Source: Candidatus Lustribacter sp. (GTDB taxonomy: Bacteria; Vulcanimicrobiota; Vulcanimicrobiia; Vulcanimicrobiales; Vulcanimicrobiaceae). Taken from it: a stretch of DNA of 64,000 nucleotides. Each line of letters begins with the position of its first letter. Position 1 is the stretch's first letter. A model generated the notes under the pieces. It saw only the letters and a list, made by a program, of their open reading frames with translations, had not been told where the DNA came from and did no database searches. Below are positions 57,513 to 64,000 of this stretch, piece by piece. Made by a program: the position numbers and the translations under genes. Location: the NCBI GenBank assembly GCA_965277805.1, contig OZ255842.1, forward strand, positions 1,408,001 to 1,472,000. Direction: 5' to 3'.

Positions 57513-60155
57513 ATTCAGGAACTCGCCAAGTCCTACGATCCGGCCGACGTCGAGCCGCGCTTAATCGCGCGCGACCTCGCTAGCGGGGTCTTTCACGCCG
57601 AGGTCGACCGTTCGCGGCCGCCCTTCATCATCTCGATGCCGCCGCCGAACATCACCGGCGCCGCGCACCTCGGGCATGGTTCCACCTACACGCCGATGGA
57701 CGTGCTCACGCGCTACCATCGGATGCGCGGTGATAACGCCGACTGGCTGCCGGGTCAAGATCACGCCGCGATCGCAACCGAAGCCGTGCTCGTGCGTGAG
57801 CTGGCGAAAGAAGGCCTCTCGCGTGACGGTCTCGGCCGTGACGCGTTTCTTGCGCGCGCGTGGAAGTGGCGCGAGCAGTACGGGCATCGCATCAACGAGC
57901 AGTTCAAACGCCTCGGCTTCGGCGCCGATTGGCAGCGCGAACGCTTCACGATGGACCCCGAACTCTCGGCGGCCGTCACGCGCGTGTTCATCGATCTCTA
58001 TAACGATGGGCTGATCTATCGCGGCACGCGGCTGGTCAATTGGGATCCGAAGGCGCAGTCGACGCTCTCGGATGCGGAAGTCGAGAACGAAGCGCACAGC
58101 GGTTCGCTCTGGCATCTGCGCTACCGCGCGGAAGACGGCGGCGAGGGCGTCGTCATCGCAACGACGCGGCCCGAAACGTTTCTCGCCGACGTGGCGGTCG
58201 CGGTGCATCCGGAAGACGAACGCTACAAAGCGCTGATCGGCAAGAACGTCATCCTGCCGCTGGTGAACCGCCCCGTGCCGGTGATCGCCGATGCGGCGGT
58301 GCTGCGCGAATTTGGCACGGGCGCCGTGAAAGTGACGCCCGCGCACGACGCGACCGACTACGAGATCGGCCAACGCCACAACTTGCCGATGCCGACCGTG
58401 ATCGACTACGACGGCCGCATGATCGCGCCGGTTTGGCGCGTCGAACCCGACGCCGCGGTGCGCGCGCAGTTCAACGTCGGGCATGAGGCGCTGGCGAAGT
58501 ACGTGGGTATGGACCGCTTCGCGGCGCGCAAGGTGCTCGTCGCCGACTTGGAAGCGGCCGGCGCGCTCGAACGCGTCGAACCGTACGAGACGACGGTTCC
58601 CGTGTCGTCGCGTTCGGGTGAAATCATCGAGCCGCTGCTCTCGCTGCAGTGGTTCATGGCGATGGAATCGCTGGCCAAACCGGCGCTCGACGCCTATCGC
58701 AACGGCGAAGTCCGGTTCGTCCCCGAGCGCTTCGGCCGCACCTACGAGCACGGGCTCGAGAACCTGCGCGACTGGAACATCTCGCGGCAAGTGTGGTGGG
58801 GCCATCAGCTGCCGGTCTGGTACACACCCGACGGCGATGCGATCGTCGCGCACGATGCCGAAGAAGCGCGCGAGATCGGCCGCGAGAAATACGGCACGAT
58901 CGAATTGCGGCGGGACCCGGATACGCTCGATACGTGGTTCTCGAGCGGGTTGTGGCCGTTCACGATCCTGGGCTGGCCGGCCCAGACGCCCGAGCTCGAA
59001 GCCTGGTATCCCAATCAGGTCATGATCACCGGGCGCGAGATCATCTTTCTGTGGGTCACGCGCATGATGATGCTCGGCCTGCGCTGCGTCGGCCGCCTGC
59101 CGTTCCGCACGGTGTTCATCACGCCGCTCGTGTTCGATCTGCAGGGCCGTAAGATGAGCAAGAGCCTCGGCAACGCCATCGATCCGCTCGAACTGGTCGA
59201 GAAGTACGGCGCCGACGGCTTCCGCTTCGGAATGCTGCGCCAAATGCGGCTCGAGTCGCAAGAACTGCGCTTCGATGAAGAAAAGTGCGACGAGGCGCGG
59301 CGCTTCAACAACAAGCTGTGGAACGCGCTGCGCTTCATCGCCTCGCTCGACGAAGGCTTGCCCGGGAAGATCGAGTTGCCCGAACCGGATCAGCTCACGC
59401 TGGCCGACGCCTGGATTCTCGCCAAGCTGCGCCATACGGTCACCGCCGTCACGCAAGCCCTCGACAACTTCGAGATGGGCGTGGCGGCCGACGTGCTCGT
59501 GCAGTTCGGCTGGTATACGTTCTGCGATTGGTATCTCGAGTCGGCCAAGGCCGATTCGCAGCGCCTCACGCGGGCGCGCGTGCTCACCTACGTGCTCGAC
59601 ACGTTCGTGCGGCTGATGCACCCGATCGCGCCGTTCGTGACCGAAGAGATCGGCTCGGTGCTGCGGCCGTCCGGTCCGTCCGTCGTCGTGTCGGCGTGGC
59701 CCGACCCGGACATGATTCCGCACGACGGAACGGCCGAAGCGGACTACGACCATTTCATGACCGCGGTCGAGCGTTTGCGGAACGCGCGCTCGGAACTCGG
59801 CATCGCACCGAAGGCGAAAGTCATCGCCACCGGCCCCGAGCTCGACGTTGCCGTGGTCGAACAGCTGCGGCTCTTGGCCGGCGTGGATTTCCGCGCCGAC
59901 AATACGATCCCGGGTGAGACCTTCGCGCAGCGGCTCGATGCGCTGCGCATTCAGGCTGATCCGGCAATGCTGCGCGAGCGCTACGAGCGCGAGATCGCCA
60001 AGCTCGACGTCGAGGTCGACCGCTTAGAGAAGAAGCTGGCGAACGAAAAATTCGTCGCGAATGCTAAGCCTGAGGTCGTGGCGGCCGAGCGCGCGAAGCT
60101 CGAAGATTATCTGCGTCAGCGTGACGGCGCGCGTTCGGCGCTCGCCGCCTTGTAG
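57513..60155 (+). CDS. valS: Valine--tRNA ligase (probable ATT start at 57513; first ATG at 57636)
   Basis: PPPNITG..HLGH, GQDHAAIATE, ATTRPET, DWNISRQVWWGH, DTWFSS, KMSKS, C-terminal coiled coil. Confidence 0.95.
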   Translation: MQELAKSYDPADVEPRLIARDLASGVFHAEVDRSRPPFIISMPPPNITGAAHLGHGSTYTPMDVLTRYHRMRGDNADWLPGQDHAAIATEAVLVRELAKEGLSRDGLGRDAFLARAWKWREQYGHRINEQFKRLGFGADWQRERFTMDPELSAAVTRVFIDLYNDGLIYRGTRLVNWDPKAQSTLSDAEVENEAHSGSLWHLRYRAEDGGEGVVIATTRPETFLADVAVAVHPEDERYKALIGKNVILPLVNRPVPVIADAAVLREFGTGAVKVTPAHDATDYEIGQRHNLPMPTVIDYDGRMIAPVWRVEPDAAVRAQFNVGHEALAKYVGMDRFAARKVLVADLEAAGALERVEPYETTVPVSSRSGEIIEPLLSLQWFMAMESLAKPALDAYRNGEVRFVPERFGRTYEHGLENLRDWNISRQVWWGHQLPVWYTPDGDAIVAHDAEEAREIGREKYGTIELRRDPDTLDTWFSSGLWPFTILGWPAQTPELEAWYPNQVMITGREIIFLWVTRMMMLGLRCVGRLPFRTVFITPLVFDLQGRKMSKSLGNAIDPLELVEKYGADGFRFGMLRQMRLESQELRFDEEKCDEARRFNNKLWNALRFIASLDEGLPGKIELPEPDQLTLADAWILAKLRHTVTAVTQALDNFEMGVAADVLVQFGWYTFCDWYLESAKADSQRLTRARVLTYVLDTFVRLMHPIAPFVTEEIGSVLRPSGPSVVVSAWPDPDMIPHDGTAEADYDHFMTAVERLRNARSELGIAPKAKVIATGPELDVAVVEQLRLLAGVDFRADNTIPGETFAQRLDALRIQADPAMLRERYEREIAKLDVEVDRLEKKLANEKFVANAKPEVVAAERAKLEDYLRQRDGARSALAAL

Positions 60156-60161
60156 CGCGTC

Positions 60162-60656
60162 GTGACCGCTCCGCCGCTGGCCGAGTATCATGACTTCTTC
60201 GTGGCCAGCGTCGGTGCGGCGGCCGCGCTTATCGGGCTGCTGTTCGTCGCCGTGAGCATCGCGCCGGAACGAACGTTCGGCGAGAACGCGGACCGCGGAC
60301 GCCGAGCGGATGCCGAACGCACGTTCACCGCACTCGTGAACATCTTTTTCGTGTCGCTTGCAGCGCTACTGCCGCGCTCTTCATTGCCGGCCATCGCGGT
60401 CATCGCGGCACTGGCGCTAGCCGGGGTCGTTCGCTTGGCTATCACGGCTTGGCGCACGCGCGGTGTACGCATGCCGTGGACCGAGATCGGCCTCTTATCA
60501 GTCGCGATCTACGCCTTCGAAGTCTCGCTGGCAGTGCGCATGATCCGGGGCTCCGCTACCGACGGTCTGATCTGGGTCGTGTTCGGGCTCTATTCTTACG
60601 CGATCGGCACCTCGTGGAAACTGCTCGGCGCGGAAAAGAAGCCCGCGTCGCCTTAG
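60162..60656 (+). CDS. Hypothetical membrane protein
   Basis: About five hydrophobic helices (DFFVASVGAAAALIGLLFVAVSI). Confidence 0.7.
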   Translation: MTAPPLAEYHDFFVASVGAAAALIGLLFVAVSIAPERTFGENADRGRRADAERTFTALVNIFFVSLAALLPRSSLPAIAVIAALALAGVVRLAITAWRTRGVRMPWTEIGLLSVAIYAFEVSLAVRMIRGSATDGLIWVVFGLYSYAIGTSWKLLGAEKKPASP

Positions 60657-61180
60657 TTCGGCCGCATCCGCGCGAAGATATATTCGTCGTGGATCATGCC
60701 GCGCCGGTCGCAGATCGCGGCCGTCATCTTGGCTTCGAGCCGGAAGCCCGCTTTCTCGAGCACGCGCGACGAACCGACGTTCGGCGCCATGACGTTCGCC
60801 CACACGCGGCGCACGCGCAGCGTATCGAAGGCCCACTGCGTCGCGACTTGGACCGCTTCGCTCATCACGCCGCGGCCCCAAAAACGCTTGCCGAGCCAGT
60901 AGCCGAGGCTCGCCGTTCCGATCCGTTCGCCCTTACCGAGCAGGAAGCCGATACCGCCCGCGAGTTCGCCATCCACCTCGATCGCGAACTGGGCGATCGT
61001 CTCCGCGTTGCCCTGCTCTTTGAGCCAACGGTCCGCGTCGGCGCGCGTGTACGGTTGCGGGAAAACGTGCGAGAGGTAGCGCGCGATGTAGGGGTCGTTG
61101 GCGAGTGGTACGAGCGATTCGGCATCGCTGCCGAACCACTGACGGAGGCGGCAGGCGCGGCCTGCAATTGAAACGGGCAT
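60653..61180 (-). CDS. GNAT N-acetyltransferase (RimJ/RimL-like)
   Basis: LGYWLGKRFWGRGVMSEA, NVGSSRVLEKAGF. Confidence 0.9.
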   Translation of the reverse strand: MPVSIAGRACRLRQWFGSDAESLVPLANDPYIARYLSHVFPQPYTRADADRWLKEQGNAETIAQFAIEVDGELAGGIGFLLGKGERIGTASLGYWLGKRFWGRGVMSEAVQVATQWAFDTLRVRRVWANVMAPNVGSSRVLEKAGFRLEAKMTAAICDRRGMIHDEYIFARMRPN

Positions 61181-61267
61181 CCAGTCGGGCTTCGACGGGC
61201 GGAAGACTTCCTCCCAAGGACGCAGCGCACAAAGGGCCGGAATTGGGCCCGCCCGAACCGCAATTCG

Positions 61268-61822
61268 ATGCCCGCGCTTGCTCGTCGCCGCGTTCTCATG
61301 TCACCCGCTTCGATCGAGCGGGCGGTCTCCCGCATGGCGCACCAAATCATCGAACCAGAGGAAGCGCAAGGCGGATTGGTCGTCATCGGCATTCGCCGCG
61401 GCGGCGAATCGCTGGCCCGCCGGCTGGTCACCGAGATCACCGCGATCAGCCATGAAGCGCCCGGGTTAGGTTTTCTTAACATCAATTTGTATCGCGATGA
61501 CGACGTTGCGCGCGAGCTGCCGGAATCGGAGATTCGCAGCGAGATCACGGGCAAGACCGTCGTGATCGTCGATGACGTTTTGTATACCGGCCGCACGGTG
61601 CGCGCGGCGCTCGATGCGGTGACCGACCTTGGCCGCCCGCGCGCGATTCGGCTCGCGGTGCTGGTCGATCGCGGGTTGCGCGAACTTCCCGTTCAAGCCG
61701 ACTACGTGGGAAAATTGATTCCGACGAGCCGGCGCGAGCATATCGACGTCGTGGTCGCGCCCCAGCGATCCGACGACGACTGCGTTTCGCTCGTCATCGA
61801 TGAGGAACGTGCCGCAACCTGA
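61268..61822 (+). CDS. pyrR: Pyrimidine operon regulator / uracil phosphoribosyltransferase
   Basis: RMAHQIIE, GIRRGG, LYRDD, VDDVLYTGRTVRAA, VDRGLRELPVQADYVGK; precedes pyrB and pyrC. Confidence 0.93.
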   Translation: MPALARRRVLMSPASIERAVSRMAHQIIEPEEAQGGLVVIGIRRGGESLARRLVTEITAISHEAPGLGFLNINLYRDDDVARELPESEIRSEITGKTVVIVDDVLYTGRTVRAALDAVTDLGRPRAIRLAVLVDRGLRELPVQADYVGKLIPTSRREHIDVVVAPQRSDDDCVSLVIDEERAAT

Positions 61823-61839
61823 ATTGAGGAACGTGCCGC
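61801..61839 (+). repeat. 15-bp direct repeat TGAGGAACGTGCCGC x2 (24-bp period)
   Basis: Exact copies at 61801-61815 and 61825-61839. Confidence 0.85.
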
Positions 61840-62747
61840 CACGTAATTTGATCGACGTCGACGACGTCTCGCCGTCTGAACTGATCGCACTCATCGATCG
61901 AGCCACGGCGTTTAACCAAGCGGTTCCGCCGCGCGACTTGCTCGCCGGCATCCCCGTTCTCAACCTGTTTTTCGAATCGAGCACGCGCACGGCAACGTCG
62001 TTCACGCTCGCCGAGCAGCGGGTGGGAGCGGACGTGATTTCGTTTGCGCCCGGCGCGTCGTCGCTGGGCAAAGGCGAGACCATCGCCGACACCGCGATCA
62101 CGCTGCGCGCTATCGGCGTGCGCGTCATCGTCGTGCGCCATCACGAGTCGGGCTTTCCGCGGCGGCTGGCGGAGTCGTTCGACGGACACGTCATCAACGC
62201 GGGCGACGGCACGCACGCGCATCCGACGCAGGCGCTGCTCGACCTGATGACGTTGCGCGAACACGCCGGCCGCCTCGAAGGCTTGCGCGTCGCCATCGTC
62301 GGCGACATCCAGCACTCGCGCGTCGCGCGTTCGAACATCGTCGGAATGCGCATGCTGGGCGTCGAGGTCACGCTGGTCGGGCCGCGTACGCTGCTGCCCG
62401 ATTCGTTCGAAGGACCGGGCGTGCGCATCGAACGCGATCTCGACGCGGTCCTGCCGCACGTCGATGCGATCATGATGCTGCGCATCCAGCGCGAGCGGAT
62501 CACCTCGGGCCTGTTGCCCTCGCTCGACGACTACATTCGCCGCTTCCAGCTCAACCCGGCGCGTCTGGCGCGCCTGTCAAAGGACGCGATCATCCTGCAT
62601 CCGGGACCGTACAACCGCGGCGTCGAGCTCACCGATGAGGTGCTCGACGATCCGCGCTCGCGCTATGTCGTCCAAGTCCACAACGGCGTGTTCGTGCGCA
62701 TGGCCGTGCTCGAATTCCTCATCAATAGCGCGCGCGTGACGGCGTGA
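61833..62747 (+). CDS. pyrB: Aspartate carbamoyltransferase catalytic subunit (start 61800, 61809 or 61833)
   Basis: FFESSTRT..SF, KGET, INAGDG.HAHPTQALLD, GDIQHSRVARSN, LRIQRER, HPGP. Confidence 0.96.
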   Translation: MPPRNLIDVDDVSPSELIALIDRATAFNQAVPPRDLLAGIPVLNLFFESSTRTATSFTLAEQRVGADVISFAPGASSLGKGETIADTAITLRAIGVRVIVVRHHESGFPRRLAESFDGHVINAGDGTHAHPTQALLDLMTLREHAGRLEGLRVAIVGDIQHSRVARSNIVGMRMLGVEVTLVGPRTLLPDSFEGPGVRIERDLDAVLPHVDAIMMLRIQRERITSGLLPSLDDYIRRFQLNPARLARLSKDAIILHPGPYNRGVELTDEVLDDPRSRYVVQVHNGVFVRMAVLEFLINSARVTA

Positions 62748-64000
62748 AGACCGTCATCCGCGGCGGCCGGGTAATCGATCCCGGTCAGGGGCTCGATGCG
62801 GTGCGCGACGTCGTCATCGAGAACGGCTTCATCTCCGAAATCTGCGAGCATGCCGACACCGCCTACGCGCGCGTGGTCGATGCGACCGGCGCGATCGTTG
62901 CGCCGGGCTTCATTGACATGCACGTGCACTTGCGCGAACCGGGCTTCACGCACAAGGAGACGATCGCCACCGGCGCGGCGGCGGCCGTCGCCGGCGGTTT
63001 CACCGCCGTTGCTTGCATGCCCAACACCGAGCCGGCCCTCGATTCGGCGACGATCGTGGCCGACGTGATGCGCCGCGCCGAAGCGGCCGGCCTCGCGCGC
63101 GTCTATCCGATCGGCGCCGTGACCAAGGCGCGCGCCGGCGTCGAACTCGCACCCTATCATCTCCTCGCCGACGCCGGCTGCGTCGCCTTCAGCGACGACG
63201 GCACGACCGTCGCAAATCCGCTCGTGCTGCGCAACGCCGCGCGGTATGCGAGCGACCTAAACTCGATCTTCGTCTCGCACTGCGAAGATGCGAACCTCAA
63301 GGGCGACGCCGTAATGAACGAGGGCCTGCCGTCGGCGCGGCTGGGTTTGCCCGCGAGCCCGGGCTTGGCCGAAGACATCATCGTCGCGCGCGACCTGCTG
63401 ATCGCGGAGGACACCGGCAAACCGTGGCACATCGCGCACGTCTCGACGGCGACCTCGCTCGATCTGATGCGCTGGGCGCGCAGCCGCGGCGTGCGCGCCA
63501 CCTGCGAGGTGACGCCGCATCACTTGCTGCTGCTCGACGATCGCTTCGACAACTATCGCGCCGATGCGAAGGTCAACCCGCCGCTGCGCGCCGAGCGGGA
63601 TCGCAAGGCGCTGCTCGAAGGCGTGCGCGACGGCACGATCGAGGTCTTCGCCACCGACCACGCGCCGCACGGCCTGGATGAAAAGGCGCAACTGCTCAGC
63701 GAAGCGCCGGTCGGTTTCAGCGGGCTCGAAATCGCGCTCGGCGCTTACGCGGCCGCGCTGCCGGATCTGCCGCTCCGGCGCATGATCGAATTGCATAGCG
63801 TCAATCCCGCGCGCATCCTGGGCGTGCCCGGCGGCTCGCTCACGGTCGGCAGCGTCGGCGACGTGACGGTGTTCGCCGATCGTCAGTGGACGGTCGACGC
63901 GCGGCTGTTCCATTCCAAAGGCAAAAACACGCCGTTCGACGGCGCGACCTTCCCGCGCCGCGCGCTGGCGACGATCGTGGCGGGCGCGGTCGTCTACGAA
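62744..64000 (+). CDS. pyrC: Dihydroorotase (3'-truncated by window edge)
   Basis: Read from DNA at GTG 62744: RGGRVIDP, PGFIDMHVHLREPG, GGFTAVACMPNT, FSDDG, EVTPHH, KVNPPLR, ATDHAPH, SKGKNTPF. Confidence 0.93.
   Translation, partial: MKTVIRGGRVIDPGQGLDAVRDVVIENGFISEICEHADTAYARVVDATGAIVAPGFIDMHVHLREPGFTHKETIATGAAAAVAGGFTAVACMPNTEPALDSATIVADVMRRAEAAGLARVYPIGAVTKARAGVELAPYHLLADAGCVAFSDDGTTVANPLVLRNAARYASDLNSIFVSHCEDANLKGDAVMNEGLPSARLGLPASPGLAEDIIVARDLLIAEDTGKPWHIAHVSTATSLDLMRWARSRGVRATCEVTPHHLLLLDDRFDNYRADAKVNPPLRAERDRKALLEGVRDGTIEVFATDHAPHGLDEKAQLLSEAPVGFSGLEIALGAYAAALPDLPLRRMIELHSVNPARILGVPGGSLTVGSVGDVTVFADRQWTVDARLFHSKGKNTPFDGATFPRRALATIVAGAVVYE

Noticed and set aside
61170-61265. PyrR-binding attenuator upstream of pyrR
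   Set aside because: Only a loose resemblance (GGGCATCCAG); no clear GAGAGG loop or U-tract terminator. An Rfam/Infernal search is needed.
1-64000. CRISPR array, tRNA/rRNA genes, integrase, transposase or att sites bounding the island
   Set aside because: No regularly spaced repeats, RNA-gene signatures or recombinase motifs were seen by eye, so mobility of the island is unsupported.

Overview
GC-rich bacterial window with three parts. (1) About 1-41.6 kb is a dense catabolic/uptake island. It has an IclR regulator, one complete SsuA/TauABC-type ABC importer and about 14 solute-binding proteins. Its enzymes are a Rieske oxygenase alpha/beta pair, two flavin monooxygenases, a ThDP enzyme, a CoA ligase-UbiD-crotonase-hydrolase run, four VOC proteins, two atypical M24-fold proteins and a lone molybdopterin large subunit. 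(2) About 41.6-49.8 kb is an accessory block: an EAL gene plus a SARP-type wHTH-BTAD-ATPase-TPR regulator. Its three neighbouring genes each carry the same promoter architecture, GGCACG-N5-GGCACG-N9-TAnnnT, which looks like a self-contained regulon. This is the most notable finding. (3) About 49.9-64 kb is housekeeping: class II ribonucleotide reductase nrdJ with a LAGLIDADG intein and upstream LexA and NrdR boxes, yqeG, pepP, infA and valS (both apparently lacking canonical start codons), and pyrR-pyrB-pyrC. No rRNA, tRNA, CRISPR array, integrase or transposase was recognised. The Gram-positive-type SOS box, SLH domain and gene content suggest a Terrabacteria lineage such as Eremiobacterota/Vulcanimicrobiota; this is inference only. 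All calls come from reading motifs by eye, and no database search was run.
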